The notes beneath the pieces are model-generated. The model saw only the letters and a program-made list of their open reading frames with translations, had not been told where the DNA came from and made no database searches. 64,000 nucleotides of DNA, taken from positions 13,144,001 through 13,208,000 of the forward strand of contig JAGIQG010000016.1 of the NCBI GenBank assembly GCA_024679065.1, in the 5' to 3' direction. The DNA comes from Sphyrna mokarran. Its lineage: Eukaryota. The translations under genes and the position numbers were made by a program. This document shows positions 38,650 through 50,625 of this stretch, piece by piece. Positions within the stretch are counted from its first letter, which is position 1. Each line of letters opens with the position of its first letter.

Positions 38650-40125
38650 GTAGTTATTACTCTAATAATCCAAAAATAAATACAACAAAGTCAATTTGAT
38701 TCGATGCAACTGGAGAATGTAGCATCTGCTAGAATCCATTTTCACACCCAGAAAATAACTGCAGGTTGATGATTTTTGGATCAGAGTAATTTACATCCAT
38801 GTCTAGATGTCGATACGCTGATGTGGCGGGTTTGGGACAGAAGGTTGGCGTGTACACGTTATCATATCACACCCTGTTCAATGATTTCTCCATTTGTCAC
38901 TGGATAAGGACAAAAGGGTGCCACTGAAATGGGATAGATAATGGGATTGGAACCGAAGGCGTCGAGGAGAACAAATACTCGCCATCATGTAACAACTTTG
39001 GTGTACTTGCAGTTTGTATGATCGAAAGCACTGGATGTAAACGAATTAAACGAAATTATCAGCAGCGTAGTGGTATTTGGAGATAAATCGGGCGACACAG
39101 GGAAGGAATCATGCTGATGTTTGCTGTGTGGGTGCTTCAATGTGAGGCACCATTTATGGAGATGTGTATTGCTGCTTATTTCAATGCCATGAACGCTGAC
39201 GTGAAACAACTCGTGGGAAAAAATAAACACCCAGTCATAATTATCCATTTAGTAAGGGTGACTTATTGAATTAAATATAACCTGAAATACACTCATGTTT
39301 TCTCATAGGATTCGAACACCGGTGTAACACACAGAAACGCAGATTTATCTAAATGCTCACTGTTTTCCAAGCTGACCTGTCAAAACCTGAAGAAAGTAAT
39401 ATTTCCCACATCCACGAAGTGCATCCAATTTAAACAAATGCATCTCACATTGACCATGCAACACCAGGAGGATGATCATCTTTGCCTGAAGCATTAGAGA
39501 ATGATAATCTTCCTTTTTCAAGATTTATGCATTGACGTATTGTTTGGACTTTGAATAGGCCTTTGCCGCAAACTGGTTCACTGTTGGATTTAGCCATAGT
39601 TACAATGTTTAACTTGATTACTACTGTAATGTCAATTTGGCGCGTCCACATCTCCGCAACTGAGAATGAACTCCCTGAATCTCATTGATTCTGCTCGTCA
39701 TCTACTGGGTTCTCTGCTTGTGTTGCAATCTTGGACCTGCAAACTTAGCATCTGTCTGCCTTCCCTGATCTATCACTCATCTCAGTAATTTGTTTTTTTT
39801 TGATGATATCTAAATTATGTCTGATTTTATGCCTGTCAGCCTCGTAACTGGGAAGAATGACACTCTCATTACCCCTTAAATATGGGCTAACGCTGTCGGA
39901 CGCATTTTGCCCTATTCTCTTGTGGATTTCATACCAATATCCCATTTACTAATTCCGTGTTTGGGCGGAATTAAATGAACCCATGACATCTGCGAATCCA
40001 GATAAATCGGTGCCCGTCAAGTAGTGGTATATGCAATGCATGTCTGGTAACGAAGAGGTTATTACCGTGGCAGGGGCAGGATTATGAGACTACGGTCTAC
40101 CTTTGCACTAAATGTACTCATTAAT
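38650..40125 (-). pseudogene. Decayed ORF of unknown family
   Basis: Acceptor 'gatttttttgcag' at 40126. ORFs 39745..39945 and 39445..39651 are in the same frame and separated only by point stops. ORF 38985..39248 follows. Confidence 0.5.
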
Positions 40126-40158
40126 CTGCAAAAAAATCGGTTCTTACAATTGATAAAC

Positions 40159-40185
40159 AGATAAATAAATAAATAAATAAATAAA
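40159..40185. repeat. (TAAA)n microsatellite
   Basis: ataaataaataaataaataaataaag. Confidence 0.9.
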
Positions 40186-40285
40186 GCAACACAATGTTAA
40201 TATTCGCTAGTTTATCATATTAAATGACAATAGATTAATTATTGCACGGCTGAACGAAAGACACAGGAAAACTTATTGGCATTCC

Positions 40286-41130
40286 ATGAGATTCCGGACT
40301 TGTTGCTGTGGCCATCACCTTACACATTATATAGCCAATGTTCTGGTAAGTCATTTGGCGAGCGAAATCAAACGAACATTCGATTGAATGTGCCCAGGAT
40401 GCAATAGATGAAGACAGAAGGAAAGCCTGGGAAATAACAAATTAAAAGCTCAATGAATACAACGAGGGACAGAGAACATCCTAAAACGATTGTGACTGCA
40501 AATTTATGTTAAGAAGCTTAATTAGCCAACGCCTTCAGAAATATAATTAAATGACTGTCGTAATATACTGATGATATTCATTGATGGCTTTAATCTATTT
40601 ACAGATTGGGCATATTAGATTTGCTGTAAAGACATGAAACAAACCGTAATCAGGAACATGTTTCGATGCGAAAATTTAGATTTAGCCAGAGAAGAAGGAA
40701 TTCTGAAACAACTGATGGAGAATGAAATATCACTAGCCTCATGTTAAAGGATCGACTCGACGTCAGTTATCCCAATAACTCACAAAGACCTGTTTACGAT
40801 GAAGGATGCATTGTGAAGCATAATGAACATGCATGAAGTTAATCGTGGAGGTGTAAGGCAGTATTAATTAAACAAATCACAATACTCGGTTGAAAGATTT
40901 GACAGTAAAGATGTAAGTTAAAAAAACACTTTTAAGCAAACACAATAACTTAAGCAAATATTTATCTTAACACGAAAGGAAATATCGTTGAAGAGAAAAT
41001 CGTGATTACGAAAAAAGCAAATTATGGAGAGTAACACATTGACAGAAGCATACCAGATCTCAAAGAAAAGCTAGTTCTTCATTTGAAAAAATATCCAGCT
41101 TCACAGTTGGCAGTTTATCTTCATTTTAAT
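40286..41130 (+). pseudogene. Possible decayed plus-strand spliced gene
   Basis: Donor gtaagt at 40346 and acceptor 'ctatttacag' at 40604. Frame ..FRCENLDLAREEGILKQLMENEISLASC*RID.. has few stops. Further donor candidates at 40853 and 40913. Confidence 0.3.
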
Positions 41131-41203
41131 GACTTAATGTAAATCGTTGTGGATAATTGGAATGGTCATTCTTTTTTATTATTACTATTTTCTGGAAGAC
41201 AAC

Positions 41204-41758
41204 ATGCAGATTGGAAACATGCTTGCATGGATTATTATAACTTCTACCTGTCTGGGAACAGGACGATTCCGATCGAATGAAGGAGGAGAAGCAATTGGCA
41301 CCCCTCAGGATCTCAGTGGAGTTTATGCTCGTGGGGCATGGGTAACCTGACAATTCCATTATGTGCCGCACTGCACTTCCTAAGGGATTAATTCTCAAAG
41401 CACAGGAGGCACCTTGGCGTTGTGCACCAGGGATGGAACAGTGCCAAGAGGGCGGACACTAATGAAAGATGTTCTGGTGCGAGAGGTATGCTGGGGGCGG
41501 GCCTACGGAGAAATTAGTAGTGTTGGGGCGTCCGCCGACATTGCGATCCGGTCTGCGCTGGAATGGGTCAAACATTGGAGATTGGCTAGTCGGGAGTGAT
41601 TATTCGTGAGTCTCCACGATGATCTGCGGGATGTGTCGGACAGTGTGGTTGCCAGGGTAGAAGTCTGCCTGCGGGATTTGGAGATCATAGTGCGGAAATG
41701 GTGCAGAATGGAAACGGATGGATGTCAAGGCTACCCTGTGAATAGACGGGAGCCATGA
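41204..41758 (+). pseudogene. GC-richer 184-codon frame with 3 internal stops, signal-peptide-like start
   Basis: ORFs 41147..41350 and 41414..41599 are in one frame and extend to a TGA at 41756. The N-terminus reads MQIGNMLAWIIITSTCLG. Confidence 0.45.
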
Positions 41759-42549
41759 TTCGGCCATGGTCTGTGGATGGTTGGATGGATGGGGAGGGGG
41801 GTGGGGGGCACATTGTGTGGTCCCAGACTGGCCAGGGATAGAGTGGGTTAACAAACGAGAGACTGACACTTCGAAACCCCAGTGCATGCGCAGATTAATA
41901 TTAATTTAAACCTCTCCAGTTTAAGCAGGTCCCACTCTTGAAATCAAATGATATTCACGCAGCTGACCTCTGCATTGCACAGCGTGTGGGACATCCTTCT
42001 TTGAACTCCCATTGAAACAAAGCAGTATGAATTGTTCTTTCTTTCCCCGCAATTCCATACTTAGACTTTTTTTTGTGGGAGAATCGCCCCCGTGAAGCTC
42101 CTTTATTATGGTGGATCCATCAATAATGCCTAAACTCCCGTAGCGCGAAATGTTGCAGCAAGTAATGTTATTCAAAACATATTATTACCACTGGCTCGAA
42201 GACATAATAAGTATGTTTCATTTTCTAGGGTTTGCAACTTGATGAAAAGGCTAAAAAAAACTCTCTGATTTAAATGTCGCTGTTCATCTTAAAGCTTAGC
42301 AGGGGCATGATTTGTTTTACCCAGAACAAAAAAAGAATGTGAAGAATTGTTGTCATTCTTAGCAGAGGTAACATATTCCGTTTATAGGGACTGGACTCAA
42401 ATTCAGTGGAAGCAGACAAAAAAGAGGATTTGCATACAACACAAAACTAATTGTGAAACAATTGAAAAGCTGAAAAAACACCAAGGATACATTGTCCACA
42501 TTTGGTGCGAAATGTAATGTTCCAATATCTTATGTCCATATCGTTTTGT

Positions 42550-44350
42550 GTCTCAGAGATTTAATCGTTCTTCTTCTGAATAGCAGAGGTTGGCATTAAT
42601 TTGCTCAGATCTGACCATGGATGTACATGTTCTCAGTTCTTCATTATAGTGAACATAATAGCGTTTTAAAGAGCCTTGAGGAAAAGTGGAAATATGAAGA
42701 ACACACTTTGACACGTTATTCAAAAGCGCTTCCAACCAGTTATCATTTAAGATTCCATGGACGCATCACAATAAAATATTAGTGGTGGCAGTTGAAATTA
42801 TTCATTTATGAATATCCATTGCCATCGGTCAACAACGGAGTTCGTTGTCTTTGCAAGGACAGCGAGGATTGCAAATTTCATCTTTTTTTGGGTTGAGCTG
42901 ATAGAAGTGGTCCGCTGTTTCAACGAAATCAAGGAAATCGCCGACAATTCAGGTTACGAGCCACGCAATGTGTAGGATTGGAAAGGCCTCATAGGCAATT
43001 CAACAAAAATGACGACTCGCATTGTATTCCGTGATTATAAGCTAATATTAGTTCGACGAAATATATGGCTGCCTGTGTTTGTAATTATCAACTTTGTTCA
43101 ATGCTCGGAAATTTATTTTGCATGTTTTATTAAATTTAATTGTCAGTAAACCTTTGAATTTAATCTCCACATGAAGAGAGATTTGACTTGGCTGGGTTTG
43201 AACAATGGGCAGTTTCTGGGAAGCATTAATCAATTTTCACTGTTCACAGAACTGAAGGAAATGAAAAAAAATATAGCAGGTCATCGATGTCATTGATGCC
43301 ATCGATCCATTATTGTGGTTCACAAAACTGAAAAGAAGGAAGAATTCTTCAGCAGGTCATTGATGGGATCGATGCTATTCGTCCTGAATTTCGTCTCCAC
43401 AAATGTAAAATAAAAATATATAAAATTACTGATTAAGATACAAGAATCACTTTTAATCCACACAAATATTTGACAGGTTTTTGCCCACTCACAATCGTTA
43501 TCCGTGCCCAAAATCCTTCTGATATTTGAACAAGACCGTTCCTACTTATCGATGTGTTGTTTTCAACATTGGCTTGATGTTCGCTTCCGCCCAACCAGAG
43601 GACTGACAGAAAAGAAAATGCATATGTTTGATACTACTTGTTTTGCCAGCCAGAACGAATTACCACCAGCATTTTTTGCGCTGTATATTACTATCTTCCA
43701 AAATAATCTCATGCATAACACTTTATCAATTCTCACCGATATCCAATACAATCTGAAGGCAGTTTTCCATGTTTAAAAATGGTGTTGCTTCTTCAAGAAA
43801 TAAACCTCTAAAATACCTACACAGCACTATTCTATTACTTCCCGAATATCTTTAACTTTTAGAAGTACCTAACTTTGACGTGCTGAGTGACCGATTGCCT
43901 TAGCTTCTTCACGACAGCTTTTTGTATTCTATACCTCTTTGCATTACTGAAGAGAATGCTATTTTTTTCTACTTATCAGCCTGATGGAAAATTCCCAGAA
44001 TCCATTAAGCATGGGACCATTAACAGCAATGCTTTAGCTATGTAATTAGCGACCTCCATTCAGACTTTTAAATGAACTGAACAGAAAACGTGTCGTTTAG
44101 CACATCCACCAGTTGTTCAGCACTACTTGCATTCTGATGGCATTTTCACTTCGTTGCTCTTTAATATCGATCATCTGATTCCACACAGCACTGGACTGTA
44201 CGCATATTCTTTACGTGAATAAGATGCAAATAATATGTTCATTCCCTTCTGTGTTCTCTAAAGTTTCATTGTATGGTCCCCATCGTCCATCCCTTTGAAG
44301 ACCAATGCTCACTTTTTAAATGGCTGTCAAATAATAGCATAGTGCGGTTG
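42550..44350 (-). pseudogene. Decayed ORF(s) of unknown family
   Basis: Chain of short minus-strand ORFs (43563..43751, 43320..43511, 43048..43233, 42553..42735) in non-repetitive DNA. The strand is tentative. Confidence 0.3.
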
Positions 44351-44379
44351 TCACTTGAGAAAATAATTCAGAATACCAG

Positions 44380-44600
44380 GGTGATGACGGAGAAAGAATA
44401 ATGTCAGTTCCAAAACGCAGATAGTGAAATTTGATCTCATTAAATAAACATGGATTAATCATCAGTCTAAAACCACAAAGTCATCCGCGATTGTCGTCAA
44501 ATTTCGTTTAGCTCACGCAGGTATTTCTGAAAAGGAAGTCTGTCTCAAACGTGATTTTAGACCCAGATTTACTCTTTAAGGCCATGTGTGAAAGAAACAA
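44380..44600. mobile_element. Old SINE-like interspersed repeat, same orientation as 1085-1300
   Basis: 'gtgaaatttga...aaataaacatgga...gattgtcgtcaaa...aaggaagtctg...gattttagaccca'. Confidence 0.5.
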
Positions 44601-46299
44601 AAATAACAATGGGCAGCTTGTCATCTTCAGTTAATTTGGGATAACACACTTCTTCTGAGTCATCTTCAACAGGCAAAAATTAATATACTGCATTTTTAAA
44701 AAGTGAATTTAATTTCGTTCCCTGTTTGTATTTTGGAAAATTAAGTCACTGACAATGATATAAAAAAGGTAAATTGCATTAAAGCATTTTTTCCTGTGCT
44801 TAATGCCAAAAAATGCAAATGAATCACATATGATTATCCACCAATATCCCTTAACTGAATTTGAAAGCGAATTACATCAACCATTTGTTCAGAGCTTGAA
44901 GTGAGATTTATGAAATTTGAGTTTGAATGCCATAGATAATGTAATTTAATTCAGAAAATCAGCAATGAAGACATGAATCGAATCTCTAACTAATCTAGAT
45001 AGGTGTGTAAATTCAAAGCATTCAGTGATGCCCCAAAGAACAATTTATTTGCAAAGTGATCCATTGTGTGTTTTAGCATAGCAAAACATTTTATTGAAGA
45101 GGATACCTTCAGTAGTGGAGTCAAGTAAATATATATGATAAGCCCTCAAAGGTAGAAATTCAATACATTCTTCCTCTTCAGCTTTTTCTTCTTATTCTCT
45201 TTTATCATATTTTATTTCGTCTTCATCTTGCAATCTTCACCTAAATTTTCTTTTTTTGTTGCCGTTACCTTATGGCAGCATTTTCCTTCCTTGCCCCAAG
45301 CTCGGCATGCTCAGTAACCTAAGATTAAGCTCATGGTTAAAAAATAGTAAGGAAATGCCCAATGAATTCACTACGTGTTAATTGCGTGTTAATTATTGTG
45401 TTTTGTATTCTAATAGGTGAAACATAGAAGAAACGGATTTTGCTTTAATTTACGAGGGCATTTTTTAAAATGCATTCATCGATGCAATCAGCAGAAATAG
45501 CTCTTGCGGTCATGGCATGGTTGTGTGTGGGGACGAGGTAATCGGTGGAGGAGTGTCAGAATGTCATTGTCATTTGTACCTGTCAACATTCAAGTAGCTT
45601 TAGGCCGATATTTTATATGGTTGTGTTGCTTTTGGCGTCATTTAATGTCAGTGGCATGGCATGGTCGTTACTTTTCCCTCATCAGAATTCTGAATTAGTG
45701 CTTCATTGCAGTCGGCGCACTTTGACGCAATTCTTACTGACTGCTTCCACACTGATTTCCCTTCCGATTTGAAAGGACGGTTCAAAAGATCTGGGGTAAC
45801 TTTTGCAGCCATGTGTCACTATTTTAGTTTGAATGTGAGGACCTTAATGGATATAAAACTTAACCTGCTGCCATCATACTGTGCATTGAATAGCTTTCAT
45901 ATGTATCGAGGGCATTGATTACTAGACCATCAAGCCGATATCCAAGTTTGCTTGTTTTTTTTTTCCTTCTGAAAGTCGTTTTAGCAGATGCAGCGTTCAG
46001 ATTATTAACAAAGCGTTTCTTTAACGAAACCATTAAGGAGGAATAATAATTCCATCCCCGCTCAACATTCGTAGTTTTGTGTTTTAGAATCGTCCATACA
46101 ATCATTATGAAGATATGCACCCCCCAACACCCCCGCCCCCCGAGAACGAACACGTCATCACTCAAATGTTGGTGCGATGTGGTACGTCCTGCTCTTCAGC
46201 AATTCCAAATAATATAACAATCATTCCCTGACATTCACCATAGTCAATAAGCAACAACGTGTGTTCTAATTAACAATTTAAGTAAACTATTCCCAAACG

Positions 46300-47850
46300 G
46301 AATAATACACAATTCCAGTGAAATATTGTTCACATGAATGCACTTCCCACTCATTAAAAAAAAAACTTGAATACCAGTTACTCACTAAATCACAACTGGC
46401 TGTTATGTCTTCCAGGATATTCTGGGCATTCGCTATTGATTCTTCTTTGGTATTTCTACCTTTTTTTTCCTTCCCCTTTCATATTTGCTGTCTTGATAAG
46501 GCATTCAGCTAAAAGTTATGAGCTCTGGCAGGACGCAGTTAATCTTCCCCTCTGCTACACCACCTCTTTCCTTTTATGCCAGTGATGGTATATCGATATT
46601 TCCTACAATATGATTGGTCCGAGGTTGCCAAAACTATCAGCTTTAAATTCAATCCGTTCTTGGTACCTAAGTGCTTAATTCTAATTAATACGTCAAAATA
46701 AAAACAATTAGATGTGTTAAAGGTGGCTTCCTTGGTCACACTGTTGCTTGGCCATTCTATACAAATGGTTAATTTTTGGGAGTCAGTCTGCGTCTCATTA
46801 ACTTTCTTAGCACAAACAAACACTTCTTTTGGAAAGGACCATGCAATTATTTTCTGCATTCCACAGTTTTACATACTGTTAAACTTGGAAGAGTATGCAA
46901 ACTTGCAGCGATATAGATAGTTTATTCTCTCGCGAGCCAGAGCTCACGAGTTGCAAAGACGATTTGAAAAACTTAGGTGAGAAAATGCATTGCTCTCTGA
47001 AAAATTCCAGATAGTGACTCGGGTGCGACTCTGCTGTGACAGAAACGTAGCAAGGGAATGCCACGCTGGCTGCCCGATATGTACACGCTTCATTTTAAGT
47101 GAATCTACTTCAAAAAGCTTAGTTTTGAAATGAGTGTCAAACTGACTGTACTTTTCTGCAAATTAGCATATTTAATGTATGTTATTGAGTTCACCGAATA
47201 AGGCTGGATTTATTGATGAACTCAATTATATAAACATATAAACGTTTACATGTTTTGCATCAAATATTGCTGTTGATTCATGCATACAATACATCCACTT
47301 TACAGGAGAACAGCTGAAATTAACGGAAGAAGGTTAAAATCAGTTAAAATCAAGTTTTGCATTTCGACCGTATTTCGAGTAAAATCGAATAAATCCGTTT
47401 TGCATGCAAGTATGCATGACTTTTACTTAACATATGGAGCTTTCATGATTCTATGTGAAACAGAACATAAATATTTATCTTATATGGAGAGAGATGGAGG
47501 TGCGGGAGGTGTTGGCAAGTGCCATTATAGGGCAAGATTGTTATTCAATATGCCATGGAATATCTTTAAAGATTTTCCAATTTGATCATCAGTTACAGAT
47601 TTTCCACATTCCTATTTTGTTCATGACAGCAAAATGTAAGCATAATTAGACGACTGCAAAACATGTTTGCTGATATGACACATTTGTGTTGAATGGGACA
47701 ACACATCACACCCAAATATTTTCAAAATAAGTGAAATGTGCATCTCAAAAACACAAAGTAGATATCGACAAACAAACATTTCTGTCTTTTGACTTTCCAA
47801 CGTGTTTACAACGCTCGTGAAGTATTTCTGCTAATGCAACCTATTATATT
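46300..47850 (-). pseudogene. Family A member, C-terminal part (gene probably starts at 56987)
   Basis: CIFSPKFFKSSL...ENKLSISLQV (46879..47064), LIRIKHLGTKN...DQSYCRKY (46539..46859) and *LRPARAH, which resembles LLQPARAK of the 8.4 kb copy. Confidence 0.7.
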
Positions 47851-48143
47851 AAAAGTATTCAAAGGCGTCTTAATAAGTGCTATTAGCAAAAATACTTCAC
47901 GAGTTTCGTAAGCATATTACAAAGTGAGGGGACAGAAATGTTTGTTTGTCGATAACTACTTTATGTCTTTGAAGTACACATTTCACTTATTTTGAAGATA
48001 TGTGGGTATGATGCATTGTCCTATTCAACATACATGTGTCATATTAACAAACATATTTTGCAATCGATTCAATTATGATTGTATTTTGCTGTCATCAACA
48101 AAATAGGAATGTGGAACTTTTGTAACTGCTTGATGATCAAATT
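47578..48143. repeat. Long imperfect inverted repeat (arms of about 270 bp, spacer of about 23 bp)
   Basis: 47578-47847 is the reverse complement of 47871-48143. Examples: ccacattcctattttgtt / aacaaaataggaatgtgg and tcgacaaacaaacatttctgtc / gacagaaatgtttgtttgtcga. Confidence 0.95.
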
Positions 48144-48217
48144 AGCTTAATCGTAATTAATGTGCAGAATTGGGTAATTGGAACAATCAGCTCTGACTAT
48201 GGATCATCCAGACTCGT

Positions 48218-48290
48218 AAAAGAACAAAAGAACATACAACAAAACAGCACGGGAAACAGTCCCTTCGGCCCAACGAGCCCGCGCCGCCAC
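48218..48290 (-). mobile_element. CR1-type 3' tail
   Basis: aaagaacaaaagaacatac...acagcacgggaaacagtcccttcggccc. Confidence 0.75.
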
Positions 48291-48295
48291 CCCAA

Positions 48296-48950
48296 TGTTA
48301 CCACCTCTACCCGTGGGAACTAATTACATTCTGTCGCCATAAATGACCTCAGGCCCACTGCAGTTATCTTGTCGTGGTTCCCCAGGACGACAATACACTT
48401 TTAGCTTATTAAATGAGAATCTGAGCCTTGATTTTCCAAGTAGTAAGACTTTATTCTCCAGCACACGAGAATAAAGCCGGGATGTCCGGAACACTCCAGT
48501 GAAATGCTCACTGACAGCTTGTCTTACACAGTTTGCAGATACATGCCCTGAGATTCTTATCTCATCCTCAAGGCTGGCTTATCTTTACCCACCATTAGTG
48601 CTGGCTCTGCTAATAATTTACCTTGTCGTGGATTGGTCACGAATCGATGCATTTACTACTCTGTGAAACCGGTTTGTTTATATGACAGTTCCGACCTTTG
48701 CCCTCACCCCATTAACGTTGTTTATACACAATGGTGGCTTAGCTAGACTTTAAACTAAGTGACAAAGAGAATATATGTACTCCATCCCTGTTTTCTGGGC
48801 CATAGTGTGACCATTGTTTCTCAAGGTTTAACTGCCTACAGCTGCTTACACTCAATGTTTAATAAATGCTTACCATTCCTGATTCTATCACATTAGCCAT
48901 CATACATTCAATTACATTAAATAACATACTGGGCTCATTATATTTCAACA
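48296..48950 (-). mobile_element. LTR of about 655 bp, probably the 3' LTR of an ERV or LTR element
   Basis: Minus strand starts TGTTG and ends TAACA, preceded by PPT-like GGGTAGGA. An AATAAA lies at about 48450. No TSD found. Confidence 0.6.
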
Positions 48951-49129
48951 TCCTACCCATCGCATGTTGATGAGACTATATTTCGCATTTTAATGTTGCT
49001 ACTACAAATATTCTTCTCACACACATTTTACTGCTGCTACTACAAATATTCTCTTACATTATCTGACACTTTTTCTTGCTATGCATTGTCAATGTAATAT
49101 TATATACACTCTGAAATAAATACCTTTTC

Positions 49130-50625
49130 TTCCTTAAAGGGGACGACAGACTTTTACTTTTAAGTGTGAATCTCTCCAGTATAATTCAACAATAATCAAA
49201 ATCATACCAGCAGTGATTTCAACCTGATGTGCTAGAAGTTGTTACATCTTACAATTTGTGGATACCTAAAACGATCCCTTGTTCCTTGCAGAACTTATCA
49301 AATTCAAAAAAGCTGTTGAAAACCAAGGTAGGCAAATAATGACCATTGCATCGAAGGGAAGGCAATCTCATTGAAAACAAAATTTCATGACTTCATAAAG
49401 AATCAGTGCTGTTCACAGGTAAAACATACAAATATCAAACATAGCTGAACATTAGCGGTCAGATATTTTTGTTATTGTATTTTTAACACAAAGATTCCAT
49501 AGCTTAATTGAAAGTTTTCGGCGATTATCTCAAAGTAGGAGAGTTAGTTTTGGAAACTGTTGCAGCTTAAGACAAATACAGATGCATATTGCACTTCGAT
49601 TTGAAAGATGAAGAGCCAGAAGGAGCGACACAATGACACAACGAGACACTGCCCCGGACGGTCAGTGATTAGGGTTCGATTCCTGGCTTGGGTGACAGTA
49701 GGGGTGGAGATTGCACAGCGTCCACTGGTCTGTGTGTGTTTCTTCCAGGTGTTTTGGTTTCCTTCGAAAAATAGAAAATATATGCCGCTGAGGTGCATTG
49801 GCCATGCAAATTCTCCCTTGGTGCATCCGAACAGACACCATAATGTAGTAACTCAGCGATTTCCACAGTAAATATATTTCAGTGTTACTTTAAGCACACC
49901 TGTCACATTAATAAAATAAGTTAAAAATATGGTCATTGCCGTTCATCCAAGAACTGTTAACTATATAACTGATAATCCAGAGGACACTTATCTGAAGTGA
50001 AGCATACAATATGTGCACAATAACTAAAAATGTGTGCATACATATATGAAGCGAATGCAAATCATAGGATATGAATAATCATTTGCTTGGCATTGAAACA
50101 TATTATCATTCCGATAAAGGTACACATCCCAATGCTTAATTTTGGAGCAGAGCGGCAGCTTCTTTTGATTTATGTGGACATTTTATTTTCATCCAAACAA
50201 TTTCAGTCGGCAGGCTCGATGAATGGATCAAATTATTAATTACTTATTTATTCGATTTCTGTCCCAAATTGGACTGCCAGTTTGCAACCAAATTGCCACA
50301 TCTAACTACTTGGCATTTACAAAATTCTCGATGTCTGTGCTTCATTTTGTTTGACAATGGAAAAAAAGTGAATTACGCTTCAGTTGTTTCCGCCTCTCAG
50401 ACTATTTGAATCACCACTGTATCACGATAAATCAATGCGATTCTTTTCAGGCGTGGTTTAAGGAAACGTGTATTGTTAACTTGTGTTGGAAAATAGATTA
50501 CTTATTATATTACAGCCACTAAAGACCCCAAAGCATGCAAATAAATCTTTAAAATACAATGGTATCGGAGGATGACACAACAATTACAAACTTGAAAACA
50601 TACTGCCAGAACAGATGTGCACGAC
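49130..50625 (-). pseudogene. Family A member, middle part (interrupted by the SINE at 49645-49915)
   Basis: LLCHPPIPLYF resembles IFFKVPPLPL. LWIISYIVNSSWMNG resembles GWYFLHYVLSAWTPHG and YHMNIISISWIQNG. Confidence 0.55.
49645..49915 (+). mobile_element. V-SINE-type SINE
   Basis: B-box 'ggttcgattcc', core 'gtggagattgcac...ctgtgtgtgtttcttccagg...ggtttcct', 'aggtgcattggccatgcaaattctccct' and an AATAAA tail. Confidence 0.8.

Noticed and set aside
38700-38930. Plus-strand ECSIC*NPF...ICHWIRTKGC, RING-like
   Set aside because: The zinc ligand set is incomplete and the opposite strand has better support (acceptor and in-frame ORF chain).
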